NCBI GenBank assembly: GCA_028023455.1
Contig: JAQFVV010000006.1
Span: 8,184,001-8,248,000, forward strand
Length of the DNA: 64,000 nucleotides
Origin: Epiperipatus broadwayi
Taxonomy: Eukaryota; Animalia; Onychophora
Direction of reading: 5' to 3'
Made by a program: the position numbers and the translations under genes
The notes under the pieces: model-generated
Seen by the model: the letters and a program-made list of their open reading frames with translations, nothing else
Told to the model about the DNA's origin: nothing
The model's database searches: none
Shown here: piece after piece, positions 11,161 to 25,439 of the stretch
Layout: each line of letters begins with the position of its first letter
Numbering within the stretch: the stretch's first letter is position 1

Positions 11161-14100
11161 ACATGAATTTTAACAGTACCATGTAATATTCATTAACTAC
11201 CCAAGCTTACAACAGATGGCTCTGAAGTAATTAGAACTGATCCTAAAAAGATTATTTATAACATTAAAGTCCTTTTCGTATTTGATAAATATTAATTATT
11301 AAAAGAGAATTCCTGTACATAAACAAACCGCTAATAGAGTACAATAGAATGTAGTATAACAAAAAGGAGAAAAAAAAATCAAATTTGATGATATATATAT
11401 ATGATTGCCAATGATAAATTATTTATAAAATGTTATCTTTCATTAAATTCTATAATAGAAGTAAACAATCTTCGTAAACAAGTTCAGATTATTGTTTACA
11501 GCAAATTCTATGGCAAAGTATATTCTGCATTTTAAAAATATTACTTTTTCGTGTCTTCAAATAAGTTAAATAAATAAAATTTGCAAAATCACTCGTCGCA
11601 TTAACAAATACACAAAACTGAAGTTGAATTAATATGAGGATTAACGTTCACGGTGCTACAATTTTCCAGAACTAAAATTATCCAACTCATTTGTAGCCGT
11701 GCCAATACAAAGATGAATTCTTTTCTGAAATAATCTAACTTAATCCCTAAATGCAATCAGCAAATTAAATTATTTTATTAACTTATTAAATTCCAGGCAA
11801 ATATAATTTAGAGGAAAGATATATTTATGCATTTAACATTATTGAAAAAAAAATCACAATACATTTAAAAATAACACTTGCTATTTACAAAAACTTTTAG
11901 TTTACATGTTTAAAATCAAAACAAAATTAATGTAGGATATCAATACTAATTATCATTATAAGTCACCCTTTAGAGCTATCACAAAGTCTCATGATATCTA
12001 TAGTAACTAAGAAAAAAAATAATTGTAATGTCAATAGCTCAGAAAGTCATGTGATGTTTCTGCTTCCAAGTGGCAGATTCGGGACAATTGAGTTTTTTAA
12101 TTTCTCCTTTTTTCAACTGGAGATTTGAAACTTGAATTTACCATTTCAGCCTGGTGGAGTAACACTATGAAATAAATTGATGTGTTCTATCTGGATGTTT
12201 AAACCATCACGGAGCTCCCAAGAAACTAACCTATGAGTAGTATTTACTGTATTTTTAATATACTTCTATCAAATGGATTTTCAAATTTTGTAAAAGTGTT
12301 AAGTATCAATAACAGTCCAATATTTCAGGGTTTCCCAATCTGTTGTCCATTGTATAATTTTTGGCGGGTTGAATATCAAACTGTGCTGATATTGGTTTTG
12401 TAAGTTCTCAGTGACACATAATACTTAACGGTATTTTTTTTAAAAAAACAAACATGCTTTCATTGAATTTCATGACTATTTCATAAAAAAAAACATTTAC
12501 AGTTAATTAAAATAAAAAAACTAGAAATGACGGGTGAAATGTTAATGTATTTTAATTGTTTGAGTAAAACTTTTTTTTTCCATAAACATATCAAAAATTA
12601 TTCATCAAGCATTCTTTCCAGAATAAACATTTCAAGGCTTTATACATTATATTGGGATGCTACCAGATGTCTCTGCATACAGCTGAGGGGAATGTTTGCA
12701 ATCCTTAAGTGGCCACCTGAGGGAGGTGACTGATGGTAATTTTTGATGGTATATCAAAGTTGTTAAGTATTTGGTATATGTAAGCTTATTTGCTGTTAAT
12801 TTATATTCGTTTGATGATTAATTTATATGTGTGTAAATAAACTTAGGTAACGACCAATATAGAGTATAGAGTAAATTATATTTTCAAACAATTCAAAATT
12901 TACAAGCAAAGCAGAATTTCACATGCCATGCTGCTATTGTTGACATAATACTAAACAACTTTACATAACTAATTAAAATTCCAATTATGATTTAACTGAA
13001 TAGTATTGGAGAGATGATTGAAAGTATAATATGAATTGTAAATGAAGCGTGCTTGTTATCATTCATTTCTGATGATCTCTTTCTTTACACTGATATCAGA
13101 ATGAACTACTGTGGCTTGTATTTCTTTAATAATTTTATAAAACTGAATTGCAATGAGGTTCTGCTTTTGATGGATTGTGGCATATGCACTGCTTCATTCT
13201 TGCATTAAACATTTTCTCGAATGCCTGCCCCCCTCCTAATATTCTGAACAATGCTCAAGAATCATCACATTTTCAGAAATATATATTTTAACTTCTTGTA
13301 ATAAGTTTTTTAAAATCATGAAAAGAAATACAGGCTACATGTTTAATTTTAATAATATCAATGATGAGCATGAGAAAAAACTCATCAAAAACAAAAGATA
13401 AAAGAATGAATCATTAGTAATCAAAATTGTACCCTCAATTTACACCCCAATAATATTCAATTAAATCTTAATAGGAATTTTAATTTCTTAGATGTAGCTA
13501 TTTGTAGCCATGAGTATGATGCAAAAATACTGAGAGTCTGTTCGGCAACTTGTGGCTAGCTTTAAAATATGTTTTACTCTATGTCAAATGTTTGGGCGGT
13601 CCATTTACATACTATGGTCGGAGTGGTTTATTACTTAATCCACACACATATATATTCTAATAATTTTAATGAGCAGGTAAATAATTTTAGGCTTACCAAA
13701 CACGAAACGCTAAGAATAAAAACCTTTTCATGGAACAAACACTTCCATATATGCCACTAAGACAATTCACAGTTAAGACTTGTAAATGAATCATTTAAAT
13801 GAACTTGCATGCTCACCTTTTATAATATATATGACAATCTGTTTTTTCATATTCTATTTGACAATATAGATTAGCAATGATATAACAAAAGGCGGCACTG
13901 TTGGCAAATTCATTTAAATGAATCTTTAGGAATCTTGCTTATGAATTGTCTTAGTACAATATTCGATTAGTTTGTTCCATGAATGAGTGGTAATATATAG
14001 AGAAGAAAAAGATAAAACATCCTAAAGTATTGCACAAAAGGACAAAAACATCTTCGACATCTTTTCTTGAAGAACAATGAAGGAAAAGGCATTAATCATT

Positions 14101-14257
14101 GGCTGATTATTATCAAGTAGTGATGGATTGAATACTTTTCCAAACTTGTTCTATTAACTACTTAAAAAATAACTAGAAACCATATACAGACCATCCATCA
14201 ACAAGAAAAACCCCATGCCTGTTAAAAAAAGTTTATTCTGCCTAGATTCAAATCCAT

Positions 14258-14340
14258 GTTATATACATAGCAGGTGTCTGTGCTAATGTTCCATTACAAT
14301 TCCCTTCATATATAGCAGGTATCTGTGCTAATGTTCCATA
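14258..14340. repeat. ~47 bp tandem duplication
   Basis: ata(c/t)atagcaggt(g/a)tctgtgctaatgttccat occurs twice. Confidence 0.8.
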
Positions 14341-14795
14341 GGGACTTGAGCTCAGACTTTCAAGCACCATATAGCCATTCAATCCATCTTATATAACCAA
14401 TACACATGACCACATACATGTGAAAAAGATAAATCATCTCCAATATACGTATTTCATGCAAACCAACATGGGTATGACAATAATATTGGCATCAGCAAGG
14501 ACTTTGAGCATTCCATCCTTGGATTTTCAATGATATGGATGGCTGAAGAGTTGGAGAATGGAAGCAATTAAAGTGTGTCCATTAAAGTTTGAAAATTTGC
14601 TATCTTAATATAAACTGGGCACTGATTGTATATATGAGTGGGAAATAGTGTTCTGGACCAATTGATGAGTGCTGGTGCAACATGAAATACATATATTGGA
14701 CATCATTTACTTTTTTCACATGTAAGTGGTCAAGTGTATGAGTTGTATAAGATGGACTGAATAGTTGTAGGGTGCTTGAAAGTCTGAATTCACGT
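14338..14795. mobile_element. Family C fold-back: inverted partial copy (14338-14468, -) joined to a full copy (14466-14795, +)
   Basis: The minus part carries GCATGAAATACGTATATTGG plus the tRNA-like end. The plus part carries ACCAA TTGATGA GTGC..CAT GAAATACATATA TTGG at 14657-14700. Confidence 0.75.
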
Positions 14796-15744
14796 TCCTT
14801 AAAATTACATTAAATTTAATATAAAAAATATGCATGTATTTAAATATTATATATAAATTTATACTAAAATTTCCATTTGCGAAACATATCTAACAAATGA
14901 ACAAGACACTGGAAAATTGTCATTTGCCTTTTCCATACTTTTATCTATAACTTTGAAGTATTGATGAAGCAAAACATAATCTTTATTAGAAAACTAATTA
15001 CGTGATTGTTTTGATTAAAAAAAATCATTGGAAACTACAATTTAATATTTTAAAGCACTAAATAAATAAATATTGACACTGGAAAAAATGCAAATGACTT
15101 CCAAAATCCATTTTTATGGAACCAAGTCACAAATCCCTGGAAAATGCTTCCCCCATCATTCAGTATTACCTATAATCAAATATTCAATTTAGATGCACTA
15201 CGATTCTTAAAAGCATTTAGTAGTGATCAATATCTTTAAAGAAATACAAGTGTAGTGCCAATAATCTGAGCACTTATTATTTTAAAATTTCTATTATCAC
15301 CATAAAATTTCAAAGGTGATCTTTACAATACATAAATTACCACATTTAAAAATAAAATTAAAAATACACAAACACTTAGTAAATTCCTGTAAATTAATAA
15401 TCTCAACTGTAATGAGTTAGTTACTATTCTGTCTTAATCCAATAACTCTATCACATCATGATCAATGTCACAATCTTTAAAATTATATTTTACATCTAAC
15501 ACCTAAGTAGAGTAGAGAATAAAGAAATCACTGAAGAACCAGATATGATTCGTCATATTTTCTTTCTTTTTTTTTTAAAAAAAAAAATACATTGAATTGC
15601 TAAATAGAAAGTTGACCTGCATTTTAAATAAGAAATAAAAAATGGAGCAGACGCAAAAGTAAATTATTGTTTTAGTGTAAGATAAATAATATTTTCCATT
15701 ATTAATATTCAATTTATAGAGAATACAGAAAGGACTTATATAAA

Positions 15745-16082
15745 TATAGGAGATTTGAACATAAACTTTCAAGCATACTTCAATTATTCACACTATCTCA
15801 TACACTGATACACATGACCACACATGTCGAAAACATAAATAACCACTAATATATGTATTTCATGCTAAACCAGCTCTCATCAGTTGGTTCAGATCATCAT
15901 TTCCCACACACATGTATATAATCAGTGCTCAGTTTATATTAAGATAGCAAATCCTCATACTTTAATGAACATGCTTCAATCTATTCCAACCTCCAACTCT
16001 TCAGCCATCCATACTATTGAAAATCTGACAATGGATTAGCCCAATCCCATGCTGATTCCAATATTATTATGCCCATGTTGAC
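15745..16082 (-). mobile_element. Family C repeat, copy 3, with HHR at 15845-15888
   Basis: Minus strand ACCAA CTGATGA GAGC TGGTTTA GCAT GAAATACATATA TTAGT, followed by the tRNA-like segment ending GTTCAAATCTCC. Confidence 0.75.
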
Positions 16083-18554
16083 CTCAAGTCACTCTTGACA
16101 CCTCATGCATAGGACCTTATCCACTTAAATACATACAAGAGGGAGGGGCAGGATGCAGGCTTAATATGTAATATTTGAAATATAGGCATTCTTTCTGTAG
16201 CTGGAGCTTAATTGTAAATATAGTATTTATGTATAATTATGGCTATAGATGTTTGTTTTCAAATTTTAGCAAAGTTTTAATTTACAATGAAAGAGTAAAA
16301 TGCAAATCTGACATGTCCTAAAATTGGGGGTTTGGATTGATGATCTTTTACCTTGCATTAAGGATTATTCCGTTATTTATAACTCAGATACAGACTTTAA
16401 ACTTCATTAATGATCAATATATTATTCTTTACTAAATAAAAATACATGCTCATATTAATTTAATATTATCTTCTTTTCTCTACACATCACAATATCTTTA
16501 AATATGCATAAAGACTTTTAGTGAACATTGCCAAACTTCAAATAAATAAATAGCCATCAAAATTGCAAATGACCTCTCACAAATTCATTTCCACTGAATC
16601 AGCATTTTTCATGGGACAGCAGTTGCTTCACTCATGAAAAGTGGTTTATTAATAAAAAGTGCTCCAATTGGATTACTCAGAAAAAGAATCAATCTAGACC
16701 CGTGAAAAAAGAAGACTACTTGCAGTACTAACTATCTTGAGAAAAAAAACGAAAGACGGTGTATAGCAACCCAATTAAAACCCAAAAACAATCAAAAGCA
16801 TGGCTCTGTATCAGTAAATGAATTTAAGTAAAAGCAAGGACATTACAAATTATCACTGGGAAATCTTTATATTAAATATAAGATGGTGATGATTTGTCAG
16901 AGGTGATAACTAAGCTATAACTTTACATTTAACTAAAAAAAAATTGAATGGTTAGTTGCTTAGGAGGTCAAGTGAAATTTGAATACCCTTTAGTTAGTTT
17001 ATAACTGGGCTATGCCATACGATCATAGAAGATTACATAATATTTGAGTAACAGACATGAAAGAATGAGCTTCTGCCCAGTAACGTTTAGTTCCCCAGTT
17101 CATAACTCCATGATTGCATCATACTATCCAACCACAGATTAAACACTTATGAATTATATATTTTCCAGACTTCTCAATGGCAGAAGCTCATATGAGGTTG
17201 AGTATCGGAAGTGACAGTTAAAATTCAATCAAGTAACCTTTAGATTTAGTCTCCCATTTTACCACTACATCAAAAACGCACATAGATATAGGTGTTGCTT
17301 GCAAATGAGAATGGCCATTACAACTCCAAGGAAATAAAATTATTCTAGAAATGGATTTTACAACAGTTAAATAAACCAAACTGTGAAACACAAATATGAT
17401 TATATATAAAATATGCTGATTATTTTTCTGTTTGCTATTTCATGATGCCATCTTTTAATTTTTTCAATAGACCAATTTTTCTTTCCGAAATACTTCAACA
17501 CCATGCCAAACACCAGAAGAAAGGTTATCAATACCCTTATGCAAAACAATAATTGTCATCCCCTGCCCTCAAAACGTGAAACAAATTCTACATGATTTTA
17601 TATACATTTTAATGTTTTATTAAAGATGACAATGAAAAAAATTACTATTACACAATTATAAATTTATTTTCCGAGCTTTAGTTCAGAACTAAACTTAGAT
17701 ACAATATCGTTAACTACTGAACTTATTTCCACATGCACTTGAATCTTGCAATTTGTATGTATTTGTTTTAACGTTATTGGTTGCTGCTATAATGTAAGGC
17801 ATTGATGTATTCATAAATGTTATGAATAGTAATCATAAAATAGACTTCCATGTGTTCATATCACATAACTTGATGTAATATACAAATCATGTAAATGCAG
17901 TGTAAGAAGACATAACTGAGAATATCATAAGAGAAAATAAGCCATAGGAAATTAGAATTGAAAATTGCATTTCAAGAAGTGATTGATTATTTTAATATAT
18001 TTACATTCCCTTATTTTGTAGCAATAATGAATCAAGTTGTTTTAATTAATATTCATAACATAACAAAAATGTATTCCTAACGTTGCACTGTTTTAGTGCC
18101 CTCTTGTATCGGTGCCCTCATGTCCTGCTTACCTTACTTACCACTTTTACTGTATGGACCATATTTAAACGTCACTCTCCAATATATTCTCTTCTATATC
18201 TTGAAAACAATCAATATTGCATTTGTTTAGAATGCCATTGGGATAATAGTTATAACACGGGTGGGGAACAATGCTCAAATTCCTCATATAACTTCCTTCT
18301 CGAAAGTCTTTTTCTGTTCGATCATGTTACATGCCTAATCTAATAAAGATGTGTTTTTATCTTGGGTTTTATGATGTTCTCAGTATGTTTTAAAAATTTA
18401 AGGAAACATCCTTAAATAAAACTTTCTAATGCCCTTTATATTGCATTGGCCGGGTGTCCAAATCTCACTTCTGCACAGTTAAATTAGATAAAATAACAGC
18501 TCTATATAGATTTAAGTTAATTGCAAGTTATTTCCCTGTGATAAAATAACTATC

Positions 18555-18885
18555 TTTAACTTATATAAATCCAATTTATCCAAACCATTTTGAACACTTT
18601 TTATTGTATATATATAGACATATACCTAGTTTCGAGTATCTTGAAGTCTTCTTCAAAGTCAATTTATCCAAACTACTTTGAATATTTTTTAGCAAAAACC
18701 TTTTATTGTACATACATATATACCTACATTTCGATTGACCTGCAGTAAACCACTTTGAACACTTTTTAGCAAAACCTTTTTATTGTACATATATACGCAT
18801 ACACCTACGTTTTGACTGACCTACTCAAAGTGGTTTGGATAAATTGAATTTATATAAGATATTACAGCAAAAATAAAAGAAAGGG
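18555..18885 (-). mobile_element. Family B: three tandem ~85 bp HHR-bearing units plus an inverted terminal segment
   Basis: Units start at about 18573, 18661 and 18747 (aatttatccaaacc...tacctac(g/a)tttcga..). The right end tggtttggataaattg is the inverse of the left end. Confidence 0.75.
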
Positions 18886-21009
18886 TGATTTTGGTAATAT
18901 TTCTATCTTTAACTTGTTAAAAACAGTAGAGTCACATTGTAATCTGTGTTGTACCTCAATATTTAAGTCCAACTTTCTACTTTTAAGACTCCCAATGTGT
19001 TAAAACTGGTTTACATTCTTAAGTTAATAACTATCCAAACTAATAGCTTCTAAGAATTTCCATCACTGGCCTGATAGAGAACTTGAGAGTTTTTTTTTTT
19101 TTAAAAAAAACTTAATTATTAAACCAGTTTTTTAAATGTTGCATTCAAAATATTAAGTGCTTAAAATCACACAAGTATTCGTTAAATACTGATTATTAAT
19201 AGCCATTCTTTCTCAAAGTTATTTAAAACTACATCTATGGATTACGACTGGAAAGTTTTTTCAATTTACATAAAAGGTTCATTTAGGGGTAAGGGGGGAG
19301 GGGATTTTCTCATTTACTATAATCATTTATTTATTCTCTAAGTTACCAACAAACCTTTCGGATGAACAGATCAGATTTCACAGTTTTTCCCTCTTTAAGA
19401 ATACAATAGTTATTGATTTTACCTCGGAGTTAAAATCTTAATATAAAGACTCATGTTGAAACAAATAATTTCCTTCATTAATCATTGAAACATCCATAAT
19501 CATTACAAGCAGCACGAATACGTTTACTGTATTTTTTCTAATATAAAGTTGCTTATTTTTACATACAATTTAAGTAAACACAATGGAAACAGAAATAAAA
19601 TTGATATATAATTATACACATAGCAATGGATCTAACTATATTTGTGCAGTACATACGAGTATGAAGACAAATTAAGGTGTTTGGGTAGGAAAAGATGGCA
19701 ACCAAACAATGAATCTTGGTAATTGCTTAAGTACAACAGTTCCTTTCTTCCAATAAATTTGGTTATGAGTCTTTCTGAGAATGACCGAAATTGTAGATAC
19801 TGCAATCCTTCAACAAAATATATGCTGCTATATGTATGCACACTTATTAGACGATTTAATTTTTAAAATGTACACGTCAAGATCTCTAATTTAAGGTGTG
19901 TCATCTTATTTACTATATATTCCTATAGAGGATATTCACACTTTGATAAGTTGCCAGTTCAGTTATTCTTATTGGGCTAAAAGTTCTCCAGAAATGTGTG
20001 AAAAACACAATGCGGTTATAAAAAGGTAACTCAGTAATAAAGTAAACAGAGAGCAAAAAAAATGGCTGACTGAGAACTGATTTGCAATTGAGTCACACAA
20101 ATGGAACAATACAAGAAATATATATAAATTCAAATTTATTAATTTCTCATTTTTATTTTATTTTTTTTGTTTTGTCTTATAGTGTTTCAAACTATGGATT
20201 ATTGAAACTGCTGACAAAATTCGAAGCAATGGGAAGGCCACAGTAATTAATTTTGGCACTGAAAAATTGTGGCATAAAACAACTGACATTGCATAGATAT
20301 AATTCAGATTATTGCATTCTTTAACCTATGCCACTTATAAGAATCCATTCCAAGGTGATGAATATAAAAATAAAATCTATTTTACACTGAAATTTTAAGT
20401 AATTCCTTAAATTTAAAATAGATAGAATAAATCAAATATACATAGGCACATACTTTCAAGTCTTAACTCAAAGTTGTACTAACTATTCTAAATACTGTTT
20501 GTAATAAACATAAACTAACATTAATACTACTTTATGCATTTTATTTTTAGATCATTCATGAATATATAAAACAATGTATGTTTTGCAGTGTAATACCTCT
20601 TACTAAATTTTAATATAGCACGTGTTTAAATATCAATCTTACATTGCTTTAACATGATTTTAAAATATGATACAAAATATTTTCAAAATTTATAATATAT
20701 GGATGATGTATTGAAAATGTGAGGGTCATTGTTACAAGATATTCAACTTTAAATAATGTCTCTGACTCCAGTTAACTCTGTTTCTGGCTGCCCGTTTCAT
20801 TTCCTTTTTCCTAGTTTAGGGAATTAAAATTCTCTAAAACTATCCCTATTAAAAAGGGGAGTTTCTTAGCTCTCTTTTCATATACAAGCTATATCAACAA
20901 TGTGATCACAAGTAAGAGTAATTTCAACTTTTATAAGAATGCTATGTAAATATATGGCAGCCACTGAAATTACAAAAGATTTCTGCAGAGATTTTACCTT
21001 TTAATAAAA

Positions 21010-22060
21010 TTTTCATTTCACTTAATTTTGTTGAATAAATGAGACTTGGTTGTTGGGAGGGTCCCCAGGGGCCTAAATTCTAGTTCTTTTGAGGGAGGGG
21101 GTTGGGATGAGGGTGCTGTGGTGATTTTTACCAACATTGATTTTTCTTATTCACAAGATGGGAAAAATAAGTTACTTATGGCAATTTTTTAACGTTATCA
21201 TCATTAATGATTTTATCCATGTATTATTGCAAAACAAGTTACAGTTTGGCCTCACGATTCTAATTGCAAGTGATTCACCTTATTTAATTTTATTACTTTC
21301 AATGTCATTATTGATAGGGCTGGCCTTGTGATTTTCATGATGGATTAGAATGGTTTTCAGCAAAGACATTATGAAGCTTGGATTTTTTTCCTTGTCCTCC
21401 ATAGTTTTTCTATAATTTTTCCAAAGTATTCGGGATTGCTCTCTTGTGAAGATATTCGAGGCCATTTGGAAGAACTGAACAGTAGTTTGATTTAGTCCAT
21501 ATTTTATGTTATCTCCAAGTGTTTTCCTATTTCTCAACTTATCTACTGCAAATTGGATTTTTCAATATTGTACTCCTAAAACACTATTCATATTTGAATT
21601 CTAGACTTTACAAATAATTCTTAATTGTACCTTTTAATTAAGGTTTTCATTATACTCAATTTTGCAATTGAATGAGAGTCTGGTTGTTGGGAGGGGCCCT
21701 AGAGGCCTAAATCCTGGTTCTTTTTGGCGGCAGGCTTGGATGAGGGTGCTGTGAGGATCGTTGTTAACATTGATTTTCTCATTCACAAGAAAGAAAAAAA
21801 CGTTATTCATAGTGGTTTTTTTAGTGTTATTGTTATAAATGATTTTATCCAAGTATTATTGCAAAGTAAGCTGCAGTTTGGCCTAATGAATTTAATTGCA
21901 AGTGATTTACCCGATTTAAATTTATTGTTTCCAATGTTGTTATCTCTAAGTGTTTTCCTATTCTCAACTTATCCATGGCAAATTGGATTTCTTAAACATC
22001 GTACTCCTAAAATGCTACTCATATTTAAACTCTAGACTTTACAAATAATTCATAATTGTA
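21010..22060. repeat. Diverged ~610 bp tandem duplication of unknown origin
   Basis: ggttgttgggagg..ggcctaaat.c..gttcttt..ggatgagggtgctgtg occurs near 21050 and 21670. Downstream blocks (gcaagtgatt, gcaaattggatttt, ctagactttacaaataattc) are also repeated. Confidence 0.8.
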
Positions 22061-23009
22061 ACATTCATTTGTCTTTAATGGTTAATCTTCTCGTGGATTA
22101 ATGCTTTGAGTTTCCACGGGTTGATCAATTTCTGGAAATGCTATGGACAAAAAAATTCAAATCTCCATATTACACTATGAAAATCAATATTTACCTTGTA
22201 AAACATTTTATACTCAATAAAGTCTCTCTTTTATAAAAAAAAAAAAAAAACTTTAAATAATGTCATGTTGTTTGTGTTTCTGTTTAATGTTTAAGCGGGT
22301 TACAGAAGAGTCCTCTATAATGGATTACATAATTAAAAAGCATTTATAATAGAATTGTTTATTCGCCACAGCTGATATCACATGTAAGCTTGGATAATCA
22401 ATAAATATCACAACTTAGGGCTTATTAACTTTATACTAAATGCTGATTACCTCCCCCCTTCATATCCCTAAGCTAATTTTAAACTTATGGCCTCAGCCAG
22501 AAGATTAGACTTGGATATACTGCAGATAGATATTTTGTATATATACTTTCTATCTAGCAGTTATCTTTTTAGGTAATTTTAACTATGCAGGTATCAAATC
22601 CAGATGTTCGAGATTCACAAGCATTCTGTACATTGGAGGTCAAGTGATGTTTCGTGATTTTACCTGTTTATTATTAATATTTTACAATTATTCAAGAATG
22701 AAAGTGACATATAAGCAGATTTAAATGTTAATATAAATGAAACGACTGAAAGAATATCTGGTAACAAATATGAGTAAAATAGAAATGGGTAAAGAAATAC
22801 TGATGTTGAGCAAAAGATCAATAAGTAAAGTAAAAAGAGGGGTGGGTGAAAGTTTAAATATTCTGCATTATATATATATATATATAAATTATTAAAGTTT
22901 ATTAAATAATTAAATAGCTCATTATAAAAACCTCCTGACTGATAGAATTCTTTGTATCCGCTTTCTACATAATACATCATTATTTTATTTTTGAAATAAG
23001 ATGTTAATT

Positions 23010-23195
23010 TTAAAATCATCATCATCGTCAGCAGTATTCTTTCCCATGAACAGGTCCAGAGAATAGTCACACCACCCGTTCATCCATTTTCCCACTCCAT
23101 TCTCGTCACTTCACAGCTCTTGGTTTCCACGTAACTCTTCCCGTCTCTTATATGATCCACTAATGTCAATCTTATCCGTCCTTTCTTCTTGCTTT
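23010..23195 (-). mobile_element. 3' end of an RTE-like LINE (or derived SINE) with (GAT)n tail
   Basis: Homologous to 52330-52560 and 57690-57810 (tgactattctctggacctgttcatggga..aatact..gatgatgat). Confidence 0.7.
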
Positions 23196-24103
23196 AAAAT
23201 GATATTGATAATTAAAACGTGGTAAAATAAAAAAAATTAATTAAAGTTATCAAGTATTTAATATGCATATTTATGACTGTTCAACTTCCAACTGTTCTTG
23301 CTGTATTTATTTTTCCACTGGTGAATGGGGAGGCTTTCTTTTAATGTTACATTTATCCATGTGTTAAACTTGTTTTGATATGATTAATTTTTCAAAAAAT
23401 GGCTTGTCAAAACTATTCCAAATTTTTTCTCAAGTAAAAAAAAAATGTAAAAAAGATATATAAAAAACATTGATTATATTTTATATATATCTTTTTAAAA
23501 AAAAACTAATTTGAAAATATTTTTTTATATATTATTGAAAGAAAAACAAAAAAGCAGTATTCAAAGTGTTAAACGCAATTGCATTATAGTTAAATGTCAA
23601 ACGTAGGGGGATTAGCAGTTCAATTTTCTATTAATAACACTGTATATCATTTTTTTCTCAAAATTATTTTTACCATTTGACTCTTAATGGTCAGTGACCA
23701 TTAACTAAGGCAACTCCAACGAAGTAGAAGGAAAATCTTGAATTATATGTACACACACAGACAAATATATAACAAGCTCATATTGAACTTTCCTATAATT
23801 TTTTTTTTTAAATGTCAAAAAATTTATAGCAAATAAATATAAAAAATTAAAAAGAAATATTTTTTTAAAAAGATACGAATATAATTTTATTAAAACATAA
23901 AAGAAGCAGCGCTTACAATAAATATGAACTTGTGTGTATTTAATAATTAATAGTAATGAACGTTCACTCGTTAACGAGTATGGCTATTCTAATTACAAAA
24001 AAAAAAAAAAGGAAAAAGAGAGAAAAAACTCTAGAAATGAGTTTTGCGATGCCCATACAAACGAATCTGTGAACCACAAATAAATCCGCATGTAGAGTAA
24101 AAA

Positions 24104-24420
24104 TTACACAGTCTAAACTCTCTATATAGTAGCGTCACTCAGTGCAAGCCAAAGTTATCAATGGATGCATGAAGATTTGTGCATGAAATCCCCATTAGTG
24201 TCTACTCATCCAATATTCCCAGACTAGTTTCTAACTTGTGGCTTTCATCAGGGAGAAATCTCAGATCTGATGAAAGCCACAAGCTAGAAACTAGTCTGGG
24301 GATATTGGATGAGTAGGCACTAATGGAGATTTTATACACAAACCTTCTTGCTTGCATCCAGTGATTACTCTGGCTTGTATTGAGTGGTACTACTGTATGG
24401 AGAGTTTAGCTTCTGTGTAA
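24104..24420. mobile_element. Family A fold-back element with two divergent HHR motifs
   Basis: Arms of ~145 bp in inverted orientation around a 16-nt spacer (24251-24266). HHR cores at 24217-24250 (-) and 24267-24301 (+): CTGATGA AAGC CACAA GCTA GAAAC TA GTC TGGGG. Right flank continues to gatcatgtgatgtttagtgg (24467). Confidence 0.85.
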
Positions 24421-25316
24421 ACAGCTTGTGTAAGCATAAAGAATGGTGATCATGTGATGTTTAGTGGTTTAATAGAGTAAAATTATTATTGCTGATTGAA
24501 AAATCTGAGGTATTTGAAATGAAACCTGATGTTAAATAAAGACCGCATACTAGATTCCATTTTGTTTTCCATTTCTATGGAAATGGTCTTTAAAATAGTT
24601 TACAGGTGACAGCACAGATTAGTAAAATTTCACATTTCAAATGATATTATTCTCAACTTGTCAGCTGTTGTCGGCCTGACCAGTGACAATGCTAGCATAG
24701 AAGTTGAACTTACATCTTTATATTCTTGAATATTGAATTTTAAGGTATCTAACCAATCACATAAAGATTTGAAACAAGTTTGATAATACAGTTTTTTTAA
24801 TTTGAACTAATAAAAATTTCTTGACTTCTAGATTTACACCACCCTGTGATTGTGCTTTTCTTACTAATTCAAAAGATGATTTACAAAAAATATTCTTAAT
24901 GTTTTGAAAACAACATAAATGTCATTAATTTGGTAATTAATGATCAAAAAATTCAAATTATCACTCAGTGATGAAAGAAAAATCTTCAGCAACATTTTAG
25001 TTATCAACTTAAAAATGTGAAGCTTTTTAAGAAGAATGGAAAATTTGGGACTGCAATGCTGACCTCAATATGCTGACTCTGTAACTAAGATGTTATAAGA
25101 TTTGGCATTTCAATGTAGTGTTATATAACTGTTACAACTAAATTAACTGTGGATATGCTATTATTTTGTCTCATTGAATAAAATAATTGAATGACTTTCT
25201 GCATGTTTATAAGAAATTCAAATCCCAAAGATAGGCTTTAAGCTCCAGCATCTATCTCTCTATTTCTATTCAATTTATTGTATAAAATGACATTTTTTCT
25301 ATAAAAGACAATGGAA

Positions 25317-25439
25317 GTTGTCAAGCATTGGTGGTTGAGAGGTCAGCGACAACTGCTTTACAAACAGTTGTCTGCTTTACAAGCAGTTGTCCTGGATTAG
25401 CGGGTTCATTTCCAGCTGATGCTATGACACATGGGAAAA
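25317..25439 (+). mobile_element. tRNA-Gly-derived SINE with 14-bp TSD
   Basis: Flanked by aaaagacaatggaa at 25303-25316 and 25440-25453. Internal duplication of ctgctttacaa(a/g)cagttgt; A-rich tail. Confidence 0.85.

Noticed and set aside
8410-18215. Candidate minus-strand exons (~8415-8570, 11660-11725, 17260-17340, 18135-18190)
   Set aside because: Splice phases are not mutually compatible and the peptides are unrecognised.
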